Notes: generated by a model from the letters alone, not told the origin. 64,000 nt of DNA from Takakia lepidozioides (GCA_030704615.1 CM060731.1:47368001-47432000), one strand, 5' to 3'. Counted from the first letter of the stretch, positions 22,930-36,700 are shown. Program-made: numbers and translations.

Positions 22930-24384
22930 GAAGTCAGACGTTATTTCTTATATCGAATTTAGAGGTTGCTAGAGCGATGATAGCAAAGCATGAAAATTGA
23001 ATATTGACAGTTGTATATGATCCAAGCATCTCTTTTGTCAAGTAGATTTTTAAACATTATAATAATACCTCAATCGAACTTTTCTTGGATATCCTAGATC
23101 CTTTTGTTGTTATGTCTATAACATCCAGCATTGTTTAATGAACTTGAATGAAAATGTTCAAAGTCCTCATAAGAAGCAAAACCTTTCCATCTTTTGACAT
23201 TATGACCAGACATTTACTTGCAAAATTCATGATTGAGTGATTCATATTCTATGTAGTATGTATTAATTTATATTTGAAAGTATGTAACTTATAATTGAGT
23301 AATAATTTGAACATCGAATTGAAAGCATAGCATAGACCCTGATAGCAAAAACAACAATTTATCCTCATTATTCCATTGATGTGTAATGTGATTCATGCAA
23401 GTTTATTCGTTTACCAAAAATACCCTATAGTTGTATTTCACATCATAATGACGTGACGTGAATATTTCAAAATATTCAAAGAATAATAATGCAAAATGAC
23501 ACTACGATGTGGATTCATGATGTGACTTACGACATGTTTAGTCCCTATAGAGTCATTTTGTGCAACCTTGATTCACACAATAACGTAGTGATATTATGGA
23601 TGGTTGTAACAACCACTATCATTAAAAATTTGACTAAAATTAATTTATGTAATTTATAAGTTGGCAATTATTGACCATTTGGAACTGGACCTCACTCTCA
23701 TATTGCCAACATATATGGTCACAACTTAGGGGGCTTATTTATAAGCTCAGCTATTCTATTAATTAATATAGCTTTGGTTCATGTTTGTGTTTTTCTCTAG
23801 GGCCATCCGTGAGTAGAACCCACTAAAGTAGGTACTAACTTAATATTTAATAAGTATAAGAGACATGGAAATGAGCGCTCTTCTCCTTCTTAGGGTGGCG
23901 GCCCCAACCCCGTCAAGCGGCTGTCGACCTTTCTAGAAGGTTGCCCCACACATGTCAACCCTAGAAACCACCACTTGACACATGTACTGTACTTACCCCA
24001 ATTTGCGCCTGAACCATCATCCAAATTTAATAGTTGTCGCGTTCTTCCAATCTTTCTTGGACCCCCTTACACGAGGGGCTCACGCAGGGCTGACGTGACA
24101 TGAGCGCAGGCTGACGCACTGTGACGTGGTGTGAGCCCACGCTCACGCCACGTCAGCCCGAGCGGAGGCCACGTCAGCAAATGCCAAAGGACGGGTGGTC
24201 GAAGAAAGGGTACCTATTCCTATTGCACCTATATCCGTGGGAATAGGCATCTACAATATGATGAAATTAGGCCCCATTATGTAAGAAGACCCCATGGCTT
24301 CAATGAATAGGTAGGACTGTAAACCGCCGACCTATTGCATACAAGACGACAAAGAATCCACCATATTCAAATGCATTCAATACC

Positions 24385-25340
24385 TAGCAGAAATGGTGTG
24401 CTTTGAAGCAAACCGTTTCTGCCCCATCCAAAAGGCTTTTTTGAGGTCTCTTCAGACAACAACAGAAAGCATGGAGGGTAATTGAAAGAGATTGCATACA
24501 TAGCAGAAATGATGTGCTTTGAAGCACACCGTTTCTGCTCCACCCAAAATGTTCTTTTTGAGGTCTCTTCAGACAACAATAGAAAACATGGAGGGTACTT
24601 GAAATGGGTTGAATACATAGCAGAAACGGTGTGCTTCGAAGCATATGGAAATGAGGTCAGGTAGGATGGTGTGCAGCACCGCACACTGTTTTCCAAACCA
24701 ATCACACCACACCACTTTCCTACATTGTTGTGAACCCCAAAGAGCAGCCCCCATCACTTGCGCGGCCTTGCTTTCGTAGTATACATCCTCCACATCTTCA
24801 TCCATTTCCTCTGTCTAGACCTCCTCTATCTCTACAAGTGGGTTCACGACAATCACTCTCTGCATCTTCCCCTGCAATGTTTCGACAGACGGGTTAATAT
24901 CCGGACTGCAGAGATGGTGTGCGATGCCGCACACCACTTTCCTACATTGTTGTGAACCCCAAACAACAGCCTTCATTCCTACCCTTCCAGTCAAAGCACA
25001 CATTCAAAAGGAAGCTTAAACGATGTGCGGCGCCGCAGACCATTTGTGCATTCTTCTCTACCCTCTTCAACACTCCATGGAACCTTCTCCATGAGCTTGA
25101 TGGGGTCCCAAATTCGGTGTTTTTCAATGGGGAGAAAGGGTGTTCAGCACCGCACACCATTTCTGCCCATTGAAAAACACTTTTTTCACACCCTTTTTCA
25201 ATGGGCAGAAAGGGTGTGCGACACCGCACACATTTTTTCCAATCAACTAGGGGGGAATTTTACAAAAAAAAAAAATCCCTTGGTTTGTTGGAAAATGCCA
25301 GGTGTGCGGCGCCACACACCCTTTTTGCCCATTGGAAAAG
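24385..25340. repeat. Array of about 9 related palindromes GGTGTGC-N6-GCACACC, including 116/117-bp tandem units
   Basis: Units start at 24385, 24501 and 24618. Further palindromes near 24669, 24916, 25023, 25139, 25213 and 25301. Confidence 0.75.
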
Positions 25341-26559
25341 CACAAATCTTGCAAGCTAAAGCAAGGGAATAAAAATGGCCTAACTAAGCACTTTTCCACA
25401 TTTCATGGGCAATGCTGAGCATAATATCTGGACTTCGGAGAGTCAAATTCTTAACAAACTAGCAGGGTTTATAAGATTCTCCAGCTCCTAGGAATTAGCT
25501 TCCAGTACTATAAGTTTGGTGTATATTTCTTCAAGCATAGCCCCATACTAGTAACTACTACAGTTCTTAGGATGTTCCTTTTCCCTTGCAACAATTTTAG
25601 CTCTAGCTTGTCTTGAGGAAGTGATCATGTGATGCGAACTTCGACATATGTGAGCTGCCATGAACTGTCTATATTTTACTGTCTAGAGTCTGCGTCATCA
25701 TTTCCAACTAGTTTGGTGTTTCTCCTTACTGCAAATCAAGGTTCCTGCTCAAAAATACAACCTGTACACATATTGACTCAAATGGGGACAAAAATTGCTC
25801 AAACCCATCCGTGTGGTTTAGAGCTATCTTTGAAGTCTACAAATCAAGAACTTGAACCTGCCACTAGACCTCATTTCCCCCAATTTCTCTTCTTAATTGT
25901 ACCCACTGTCAAAATCACCGCAATAGGTAGTATCCTTGGCAACTGTGCTCTTAATTTAGCCTTGTCTGTGACAAACAAGTCGTTCAGCACAGCTCAGTAT
26001 AAAGGTAAAGTGCACTTATGCTAATGTTCAAGAGTTCATGGTAAAGCTATTTGCAGGCCTATGGGATTTGAATTTGCACGATTTGCTTGCCACTTTTGGC
26101 TCACTTTTGGAAAAGCGAGACTTCGGTCTGCGTGTTGTATCCATGTTGGCTGACAGCCGTCATATTGTACATATGTTCAATTTGTAGGGATCGCTAACAA
26201 GAAAGTAGCGTTCTTGCATGGTGCATGGAGTTCCATGATTTGCGGTTATAGGTGCCATCCGCGGTAATAGGTACAGTACCTTCAAAAAACCCTAAGCCAG
26301 CCACTGCTCATGTGAACCAGGCTCACGTTCTAGCAACCCTCGAAATAGTGCTACAATGACACTTCATCCATCCATGCAAACCTATTTATTTATTTTGACT
26401 ATCATGGTGCTCTAAGTGCTAAAAGAAAAATGACCACTCTCACCCGTGAAGCTAACAAACAAGCCGTAGCCTCCATAAGCCATACCAAAGTACACATTCA
26501 GAAATGGTCTCAATCTATAGTGCTCCACCACAAGCTATCAAACCATTTCTGGCACACCA

Positions 26560-27320
26560 AATCCACCACAGACATACAAATCCGACAACCACTCAAATTT
26601 AGATACGCACAATACATGGGACACCAACGTAAACATATCTTTTGGCCACGCCTCTTCCCATCCCCTTACTGCATACTATGCTTTATACCCAACACGCACG
26701 TGATACCTGGCCACACCTCCTTAGCCAATGTACACACCCAACCATTCATGGCCAATATATCACTTGCCACAACCACGCAGTTTGGCACATCCATAAACTC
26801 CTTAGCCGTTCTGAAACCAGGTGGCACTCACTTATTAATGCAGGCACCTATCAGGGGCGCCCACCAGACCACACTGTATCGCCATGGTTGCTTCTTTGCG
26901 CATGCACCAGATTACCATGCACCTGCCCTGCCAGGCTCTGCCCTGATATTCTACTTGCCATAGGCCTACCCATTAACACACCACCACCCACTGCACCTGA
27001 CTATACATTTCATAGAGTTCATATACGGCCATGATCGCTATTCCAACGACTCAATTATGGAAAAACGGCAAAAATAAGCCCCGCTCATCCTCGCATTCCG
27101 CCGACGAGGTTGGAACATTGGTCTGCTCTATGTTATCACTGCCGGAACCAAAGGAGACATACACAATGCCAACATTGATGCACTACACGACAACTTCAAA
27201 ATCCCCATCCTCCCTATCCACAAATGTTTCAAAGCAACCCACCTCACGGCGCCCTACTCCCTCACAACCATCATTACTAACAAATGGCAACTGGAATCCA
27301 ATCCAGCAACGGCACCCTAG
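26560..27320 (+). mobile_element. 3' fragment of an RLE-type non-LTR retrotransposon (degenerate)
   Basis: Across frames: CILC...DTWPHLLSQC zinc knuckle, (R>C)HNHAV, CPDILL, IEF...K..K, GW. This is the order of a restriction-like endonuclease domain. Confidence 0.65.
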
Positions 27321-30300
27321 GTACCCCAGGGTACTCCTGGGTACAGGGGTACCTGTACCCAAGGGTACCAATGGTGTTTTTTTTTTTTTTTTCAAGTTAC
27401 CTGGTGTCCTCCTGGACACCCGTCTTTCTTATAGGGCCCACCACCCAAAGGGGCAGTAGCCGTAAGGTGAAGTGGCTCTTAGTTACGCCAGTCTTGACCG
27501 GAGTCTTCTCTCTATCTCTGCTAAAAGAAAATAACCAATGTTGTGCTGGTATATTATTTTAAACATACCCTCCGGGTCCGGGTAAGAAGGAAATTTATTT
27601 TGTCTTACCTTTAGGGTCCGGGTGCACTGTATTTTCAAAATTATACTTTGCCTTGCCTTTATGTTTGCATACATCGGGCGTGGAGTAGGGCCACTTGGAG
27701 TCGAATAGGAAAGCCGGGGTGGACTAGATTGACGAGCACCAAGGAAGGGCACTGCAATTAGATATAGCCATAGAGCATCATAAACACCACACACGACCCA
27801 AGGTTGATTTCCATCTCACCTTCTATTCATTGTGTTTATTTTACTTATTTTCTTATGTGATCCACGGCCAAGAGAGCCGATTGAGATGTCCAGGGACAAA
27901 GAAGCCACCTGATGGAAGTTGACATGTGATTGTGAGACCAAGGAAAAGATTCTCTCTAAGCTTACATCTGTATGAGGGAGGTATCAAGAGCAACAAAACC
28001 TTCCATTTGCATTTTTATTATATTTATGTATTTATTTATTTGAGTACAACTAGAATGTTATCTAGTTGTTCGTGGATTGGGAGCCTTAGTGAGATTGTTT
28101 GAGAGAGTTGAAAGGTAGTCTTGTCTATTGTTCAAGCAAGAGAGTGTGGAGATAGGGTAGTGGGATGAGGGCATGAGTGTGGAGTTATGAATTGCTTTAG
28201 TCTCTCTTCCTTGTAGTCTTTCACCCTCTCTAGGCCAAAACCTTTCCATAGGTGGAGGCAAGAGTCAGTCCGGGTTTGGGCTGGGGTGTCATTGCAGGAA
28301 CGACATTGTGGAGGGGATCCAAACACAAGAAAATCAAGACAACAACTCCCCCACACCAAACCTGTAGAACCTCACATCTGAATAGCACTAGAATTGATAC
28401 CTTGGTCACAGTGAGCATACGGCTCACCAGAAAGCATCCACTAACCCCAAGCAAGAGAGAGAGAGAGAGAGGCAGCGGAAGGGTTGGGTTTTTTTTTTTG
28501 TTAGTTACTACTTACTATAGTACCTAGTGGGCTGCACACGCAAGGCCCCAAAATAAACGCAAACATGAACCATAGATGTATTAATAGGGACACAGCTAAA
28601 TAAATAAGGGGCCCTGGTTCATAACTTTAACAAGGAAGATAAGTTCTTACATTGCTCCTATTATCTGCCTCCTAGAGAGGTCCGGATGCACAGCGGCCAT
28701 CAATGCGCAGTCCTCTTTGAGGTTGAGAAGTTGACCCCATTTGGTAGTGCCGTGCTTTCCTTAGGAGATGAATGGAGTTCCAGTGATAATTTTAGTCTTT
28801 AATATTTGACGCCTCCCGAATGAAGCGTAAATTATGGTGTCTCTTCACCCCGAAGGGTTACTGCCTTCCGCTAGGAAGGTGGACACGTTTGTGACACCAA
28901 AGGTGGATTGAACCCACAACCACTTCCGAGGTGGTATGTGCCCATTACCACTGGGCTACAACTTGGTTGTCTCCCAGTGATAGAATTGTCTCACCCTTCC
29001 AAATGTCTGGGCTGTGTTCGTCGATGGTTCGGAGTTGTCTATCACAATACATTGAAATATTGGATTTATCCTAGTGACTATACAAGTAACAACCACCCCA
29101 GAATTCTTGATGGGTATACTGCAAATTCTCAAGTTCAATTAGGTCCACACCTTTCACCCATACCATGAGGCCTTGTCCCTCTCTTTGTAGAGAAATCCTC
29201 TGGAATAAGATGTCCCTAGCTTAACGACTGCTGTTCCATAGCTTACAGTGACGCACTCATTGTTTGATGGCAGATCCGTTCCCTCAAGTCCACCTAGCAT
29301 GTAACTAAAGTAAATCAGACAATCCTCAATTTGCGACAAAGCCTGAATGTATGATCTAGTCTAACAACTAGGAGTGTTGTCCCAATGTCTATGTCTCTTT
29401 CCTTCATTCTCTCCGGTGAGTATGACCCCAAAGCTGATACGACCAGCTTTATCCCTGTTATGGACTCTTTGGCAACTAGACGTACTAGGAAGAGCAGGCT
29501 AACAATGGGGTTTTGATCAAACCTGCCTTGGCATAACCTACATGCCTGAGAGCCAAGTCACTGTCAAACAAAAGCATGAGTACTACCCAGATAAGTCAAA
29601 AGAAATGTACCAGGAGATTCACCTCCGAGCAATCTTCTCCCACTCAATATTTTCTGCAATGAGCAATCGCTCCGAGGCCAGCTTCCAAATCTCCCGTCAC
29701 TGTGTGTGAGGGAACTCACTGCCGCACCTGCCATCTTATACCAAAAACATGTGAATACCAGGTAGAAGAGACAACAAATCGAAAAAAAATAGTTAACCAA
29801 TAAGTAGTAGACAGATACTCTTCCGCCTTTTTGTCAAGAAAGCCCAGAGGTTTCCATCATCTCACAAAAGACTGTCTTTTACTGTCCCTTTGTCACAAAA
29901 CCTTCACACAACATAAATGGCTCCCAAATGAACCACACAAAGTCAGAAGCAACATATGAGGAATGTGCAGGGACAAGAACTGCTTCCTCAGCATGCCCTT
30001 CATGAAGGATTAAATGTTCCACCATTGGCTGAAGCCTCCATCGCACTGGTTCCATCTCCTTCAGAGCTTCCAACATTGCTGAGCAAAGTGGCACATTTCC
30101 TCTGGGATCCCATCGCTGCACCAGCTCATCTAGCTGCCCAACTTGAGCTACCACATCCACATTGACGTCATCCACCTCCCCAAAACTTCCGTTTCCTGGT
30201 TTGTCCCAACTCCCTCTCGGCAATCAACATCTTCAGGGGTTCAAGGGCATGCCATCGTGTTCCCTTGAGGGATAACGAAGTGGAGATAAGCCATCAGACT

Positions 30301-30679
30301 CCACTACTGCACCATCCGTGTGGCATTCTTCCCTGCCAACATAAAAACCCCACCAACAATGAATGGCACAGAAAGTGGACGTGGTCAACGAAATCTGGGC
30401 AACAGACTGTCTTGTTTACAGATTTCGCAATTCAACTGCATATAGCGCATTTATGTACAGCACACCGAGCTCAGTCTTGCTCAATCTCAAGCGTTGCTCA
30501 GTCTTCAAAGGCCTTAGCAGTAATCATTTGTCATTCAGATTGTCTGCATTATTTACTGACTCAAGCCCTGCAACTGTTGGTTTCATACAGAGGCTCTAAA
30601 GGAGGCGCAAACAAACAACAAACATTAAAACTCAGCACCACCTTGCAATTGGATTTTCTCATTCCCATCTTTCATGCCT

Positions 30680-31224
30680 GTGTCACCAAGAACAGACCTA
30701 TCTGAGAAGTGGTGAAAGCCGTGGGCACAACGAATTGCCCATGGAGATACATTTGGTGGCAGTGCGACTCACCACCCATGAAGGTAATGGCCAGCTCTCA
30801 TTGTGGTGGCAAAGACATTATTCCTTTTGTTACTCCGCAATATAAAGGGCATGTCAGCTACATATCCACCCTCCCTCATCTCCCCTCACAATCTATTCAG
30901 CTAAGGATGAATCTCCTCAATGTGTGGATGTAATTTGTATCTATAATTGTTAATGTCAATGCAGCTGCACCCTGGTTCCTTTCTGATACCTCTGGTGATC
31001 CGTCATTGTTCTCACCTTTGTTCTCATCATCCAACCTGCCAGCTGCGGCATACATGTCGGATAGAAGCACATAAGCCACAGAATGATGTGGATCCTCCTT
31101 AACAAAGCATTTTGCAGCATGTTGAGCTCCGGTCTCATCCCCATGAATTTGGAAGGCCCCCAGCAAGGTCCCCCACACCGAAGCACCTGGTTCAATTGGC
31201 ATATTGTTGATAAGGTGCTCTGCC
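30680..31224 (-). pseudogene. Degenerate tandem copy of a PPR E/E+/DYW tail
   Basis: EAEHLINNMPIEPGASVWGTLLGAFQIHGD...AYVLLSDMYAAAGRLDD parallels the upstream gene. HNE.LAITF, HTATK and FHHF remnants at about 30700-30810. Confidence 0.75.
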
Positions 31225-33780
31225 TCACCAGTAATCCCCACAGGAACAAACCCCATCTTGGAAGTGGTGAAAGCGGTTGGCATCCCGAACAACAATTGCT
31301 CGTGCAACAATCTTGGAGATGAACTTGGTGGCAGTGTGGCAGTCACCACACACCCTTTGGTTGTTGATGACACGGAGGGGTGTCCCAGAGGCCGTACTGA
31401 TGAGACCAAAAGAAATGGCCAATTTCTCACTGTGGTGGCAAAGAGATAATTCCTTTTGCTCCTCCTCCACATCATGCAATATAAAGTCTGTGGCAGGGAT
31501 GTACCCAGTGTCCTTAATCTGGCCAGACAATCTCTTCAGCTCAGCATGTATTTCCTCAATTTGTGGATGCAATTTGTCATCCACAATGAATGTATGCACC
31601 CTCTTGTCCACTTCAATCCAGGAACGACCTGGTTCCTTTCTGACACCATTGTCCTTCATCTTTTCTCTAACCTTTGCACTGTCATCCCACCTACCAACTG
31701 CAGCATAGATGTTTGATAGCAGCACATAAGTTGCAGGATCAGATGGATCCATCTTGAGAAGGCAATTTGCCGCACGTTCTGCTATCTCCACATCACCATG
31801 GATCCTGGAGGCACCTAGCAAGGCCCCCCATGCAGTAGTATCTGGTTCAATTGGCATTTTATTAATCATATCCTCTGCCTCCACCAATCGTCCTGCACGA
31901 CCAAGGAGGTCCACCATGCAGCCAAAATGCTCCACTGTAGGCATGAGACCATGATCTCGTCTGATGCAATCAAAGTAGTAACAGCCTTCATCCACTAGGC
32001 CCGCATGGCTGCAAGCAGAAATAACAGAAGTGAAGGTAATACTATCTGGCTTCACACCTTTCTGTTGCATTTGTTCAAATAGTTGGAGGACATCCCTACC
32101 ACAACCATGCTGGGCATATCCTACAATCATTACGTTCCATGAGATCACATTTCGTTCAGCCATATTGTCGAAAACTTGACGTGCATCTTTAACACTCCCA
32201 CATTTGCCATACATCTCAACAAGGCTTGTGTCCAAAACAACGTACGACGCAATACCAGATTTGACGATCTTGGCATGAACCTGCTTGCCCATTTCCAGGG
32301 CTCCTAGCCTGGCACATGCATTGAGAACAGATATGAATGTGACTCTGTCAGGCGTAACCTGTTCTTGCTGCATTTCATGATAGATTTTGAGGGCTTCTTC
32401 AGCATGCCCATGCTCAGCATATCCTGCAATCATTGCACTCCATGAGACCACATCTCGTTCAAGCATCTTGTCAAACACTTGAAGCGCATCTTCTAGATTC
32501 CCACATTTAGCATACATATCAACAAGCGCATTCTCCAAATTAATGTACGATGTAATTCCAGCTTTAATGATGTCAGCATGGACCTGCTTGCCCTTTTCCA
32601 GGGCTGCTAGGCTAGCACATGCACTGAGAATGCAAACGAACGTGACCCTGTCAGGCATCACCGCTTCCTGCTGCATTAGATCATAGATTTTGGCAGCCTC
32701 TTCACCATGCCCTTGCTGAGTATACCCTGAAATCATTGCATTCCATGAGACCACATTTCGTTTGGCCATTTTATCGAACACTTTCCGCGCATCCTTTACA
32801 CTCCCACACTTGGCATACATGTCCACCAGGGTTGTATCCAGTATAATGTCTGACAAAATCCGTGCTTCGATGAAATCAGCATGGACATTCTTGGCATTTT
32901 CCAAGGCTCCTAGACTGGCGCATGCATTGAGAACGCATATGAATGTGATCCTGTCAGGCGTCATCCCATGCCGTCCCATTTCCTCATAGATTTGGAGAGC
33001 CTCTTTATTGTGGCCGTGCTGAGCATATCCTGTGATCAATGCATTCCAGGACACCACATCGCGTTTGGCCATTCTATCGAACACTTGACGTGCATCCTTT
33101 ATGCTCCCACATTTTGCATATGTGTCCACAAGGGTATTTTCTAAATTAATATATGGAGCGATCCCAACTTTGATAATGTCCGCATGGACCTGCTTGCCTT
33201 TTTCCAGGGCTCGTACACTGGCACATGCATTGAGAGCACATATGAATGTGACCCTGTCCGGGGTCACCCATTCCCATTGCATTTTCTCATAGATTTTTAG
33301 GGCCTCATTGGGATGCCCATGTTTCACATATCCTGCCATCAGCATTGTCCAAGTGACTGTATCTCGGTCAGGCATCTCCTCAAACACTTGTTGTGCATCC
33401 ACCATGCTCCCACACTTGGCATACATGTTGACAAGGGTGTTGCCGACAAAGGTGTTTGGCTTGAATCCACTCTGGATAATGTGGGCATGCACCTGCTTTC
33501 CCTCTGCCAGGGCTTTCATGTTGATGCACCTTTGTAAGAGACAAATATACATATTGTAGTCTGCCCGGATGCCTCCTTGGTCTAGAATGTGCAGCACCTC
33601 TTTCATTTTTCCCTGCTTACACAGTGCTGACACAATTTCATGCCTGCCAGACAAAATGTTGACTTCCTGTCTTGGCCCTGTATTGTAAGAAGTGGTTATA
33701 GTGGATTTGCCACACCAGCTGCCTGTTTGATGTCCAACAAACAGTTGTATTGAATGCAAACCTGGCACCCTGCATGACAA
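31225..33780 (-). CDS. PLS-class pentatricopeptide repeat protein, DYW subgroup (C-to-U RNA editing factor)
   Basis: Repeated P-L-S motifs (MYAKCG...A..VFD.M..RDVVSWNAMI.GY), E/E+, PG box KEPGRSW, HSEKLA, CGDCH, terminal DYW. The true start is uncertain because the ORF opens at TTG. Confidence 0.96.
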   Translation of the reverse strand: MSCRVPGLHSIQLFVGHQTGSWCGKSTITTSYNTGPRQEVNILSGRHEIVSALCKQGKMKEVLHILDQGGIRADYNMYICLLQRCINMKALAEGKQVHAHIIQSGFKPNTFVGNTLVNMYAKCGSMVDAQQVFEEMPDRDTVTWTMLMAGYVKHGHPNEALKIYEKMQWEWVTPDRVTFICALNACASVRALEKGKQVHADIIKVGIAPYINLENTLVDTYAKCGSIKDARQVFDRMAKRDVVSWNALITGYAQHGHNKEALQIYEEMGRHGMTPDRITFICVLNACASLGALENAKNVHADFIEARILSDIILDTTLVDMYAKCGSVKDARKVFDKMAKRNVVSWNAMISGYTQQGHGEEAAKIYDLMQQEAVMPDRVTFVCILSACASLAALEKGKQVHADIIKAGITSYINLENALVDMYAKCGNLEDALQVFDKMLERDVVSWSAMIAGYAEHGHAEEALKIYHEMQQEQVTPDRVTFISVLNACARLGALEMGKQVHAKIVKSGIASYVVLDTSLVEMYGKCGSVKDARQVFDNMAERNVISWNVMIVGYAQHGCGRDVLQLFEQMQQKGVKPDSITFTSVISACSHAGLVDEGCYYFDCIRRDHGLMPTVEHFGCMVDLLGRAGRLVEAEDMINKMPIEPDTTAWGALLGASRIHGDVEIAERAANCLLKMDPSDPATYVLLSNIYAAVGRWDDSAKVREKMKDNGVRKEPGRSWIEVDKRVHTFIVDDKLHPQIEEIHAELKRLSGQIKDTGYIPATDFILHDVEEEQKELSLCHHSEKLAISFGLISTASGTPLRVINNQRVCGDCHTATKFISKIVARAIVVRDANRFHHFQDGVCSCGDYW

Positions 33781-36700
33781 AACTTCCAGTTAAGAGCATT
33801 GTGTTCAAAATATCTACAAACTTCGAAATATTTCAAAGGATAGGCTTTTAAAATTTTCTAGCAAGGTTACAGCTCCATCTCAGTCATCTAGTTTGGGATT
33901 TGAACTGTGGCCATACGTTCTACTCAACAGTACCTTTTGTCTGGAGGTCCATGCTGCACAAGATTAGGACCATTGCCACACTGTGCCTGATCTTGTGTCA
34001 TTGTGGCTAGCTCTGAGTTCATCCAAGGGGAGCTGAACCATCTCTCCATCCATAGGACCTCCTTTGCCTGTTTATGTTTGAAGTCCCAGATTTTCTGTCA
34101 AATCACCAGTGTGCAGCACAGCAGCAATGACTTCAACCAGACCTACTCCGACAGACTACCAAAATTACTGGGCATCTCTCAAATCTGTGGGAACAACTTT
34201 TGACAAGCAATTTGATGCCCTGCTAATCAGGAAATCCCGCCTGCAAGGACCAGCCATAAGATCCAAGTGTTGCAGCTGTATAAGAAAAAAGACCAAGCCT
34301 GCTGTTTATCTGAGCAAATGGAGACAAGGCAAAACAAGATCCCCTTGAGTCAGAGCCCTCTTTGACAAACTCTTTTATACTGTGTTTGAGGATGGCCTCA
34401 CCTTCCAAACCTGTACCCCCACCACTGTGAAGGATCCAAGGAAACCCCGTGCCACAGCCGTTCTTTGCACAATGCTTGGCCTGTATGCCAGAACTGGTGA
34501 GAGCATTAGAACAATCCCAGCTTCCGATGGCAAGGGGTGTTAAGTAGCTTTGCCAGGACTGTAGCAATCAAGAACTCAGCTGATTGTCTACTGGACCGCA
34601 GCTGCTATCAGAACACAAGCAGCTCGGTTCGCATTCCAACAGACATCCGCCGATCCAGCAGCTCCTTGCAAAATTGTATACTGGCGATGAGGTTTGTGGA
34701 ACTCAAGGTGTTGTTGCCGCAGATAGCAACTTGTCCCGCCCAGCAATGATTTCTTTCAGCTTCAACCAACAGATAACAGTGTGAAAATAAATATGTCAAT
34801 CTTTCCTTCTGTCAAGAGATGCCACGCCATGTTTCCAATTCAAAGGGTTGGTTCACATCTGTGAACCACAATTTGGTAAAACCGGGTGATTGCTCGTCAG
34901 TATGGAATACGTCAGTTCCGCACCACGGCTAAACGGGTTTGGACCTCCCTCTGTGTCTCTCTCTCTCACACACACACACACAGAATGGCAAAGATTTGGA
35001 GGAAGCTCATGGAGTTGGACAAGGGTTTCTGTCATTCTCAGTTTTCTCTACGGCCCTTGTTCGATCCCACGGAGGGTGACTCGCACACATCGCCCTGTCT
35101 CTTCATGCTGTGGGAAACTTGGCTCCCACGTCGGGTACACAGACAGATTGCCATGGCCCTCTGAGATGTGTGCAGTAGTGGATGGAATAATCATTTCTGG
35201 GCGTTCTGCGGTGCAACATTTGAAGCTAATCATTTGGCCGCCAAAGCTGCAAGGGACCGTTTGGTTCATCACCTGAATGGACGACCTACTATGTTGATGA
35301 GATCACGACAATCCTGGCTGAGGTCATGATCCCACTGGTGCTTGGTGTACGAGATTTATTTGTGATTGAGATCCGTCATGGACGGTGGCTCTACTGAGAT
35401 TCGGCGAAGCCCCGGTGGCCATAAAAATGAAAATGATGGGACCTGAAGGGTTGCGCCTTAATCCTGGAATCAAAAGGAGTTGACAACTGGAGAGCGACCT
35501 TCTCAGAACTTCCTCAACGCCGCAATAAAGATTACGTTGTCATCATTGCGAGCAGAGAAGTGGGAATGGTAACCGCCCACTTTGATCTGGGCCTGTTTTG
35601 CAAACTTCTCCTCGTTGGTGTTGGCTCGTTTACGTCCATCTCACCGACGCAATTGTGTCAGAAGCTTACCTACTACCTACCCAGGGAGAAGAAGAAAGGA
35701 AGTGAATTGAATGAGGATGGTCTGACGTTGGACTTGTGCCGAATATGAAGGGAGTCATAAGATACTCGTGGAGGGAACCAGCTCAGTCAACTGCATAAAT
35801 TCTAGGACTAGCTTCTCCTTGTTCATCTTTCTTTCCGATCTCTATGTCTCTTTCGTTTTGCCTACAGAATCTCAACAAAGGTTCCCACGAATTGTCTTTC
35901 AAAACATGCACTGTGTAGTCCAGCTGAATTACCAAGCATAGACCAGGGCACTTTTTGGAGCAGTGTTGTCATTGCCAGGTTCTCTCAACGACGTTGTAGG
36001 TCATTGTTTTTCTCCATTCAGTTGGTCATCCATGCAGTGTCTGCTGAGTAATGCGTGAGAAATCTGTGGCGTGCGCGTCCTGCGCTTCTTTCAGCTGCCT
36101 CTTTGTGAAATGTATAGACCTGGTAGGATCAACTATGCCTGCCCGATGGCGAAATGACTGGAAGTTCTGCGAAGTCCAGCTGATTCGACGAGCTTTCTTT
36201 TGATCAATCTGGAGGTCTTTTATGGATTCTAAACCGCGGAGCAGCAATGGTTGTTGACATGGAGAAATTTCCTTCCAACATTTGTAAGTTTGAGCTGGGG
36301 TCCTCTCTCCCCTGATGCCATTCAGACACCACCTTTCTTTCGATCGAATGTCTTATAAACATAGGAATTTGTTGATGCTTATTTTGCGTTCTTCCTATTG
36401 TGCATGCGAACTTTGAAGGATTTGTGACATTTCGTGATCTTGATCATTCATAACACACTGACGTAACTCCACAAACTTCTCTGTCAAATGTCGGAAATGA
36501 TTATTCCATGGATGCTTGACGCAAGCGTTTCACATGTTTGTTCGAAGCAAGGCTGCCTCCACTATGGATTCTCGCTGATTTATGACCTGCTATTTGTTGT
36601 ATGGAGGTGCAGGTCTAACAGGCAGGATCTGGACCATCTGTTCCAGAGGTCAGGCTGGTTGACGACGTTATATTCACTCGAAGCTCCAAGACCTGCTTTT

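Noticed and set aside
24385-25340. CRISPR array
   Set aside because: Repeats are degenerate, spacers are irregular and partly duplicated, there are no cas genes and the context is eukaryotic.
28600-30600. Short ORFs and a possible PBS-like TGGTGTCA on the minus strand near 28900
   Set aside because: No recognisable domain or LTR pair.
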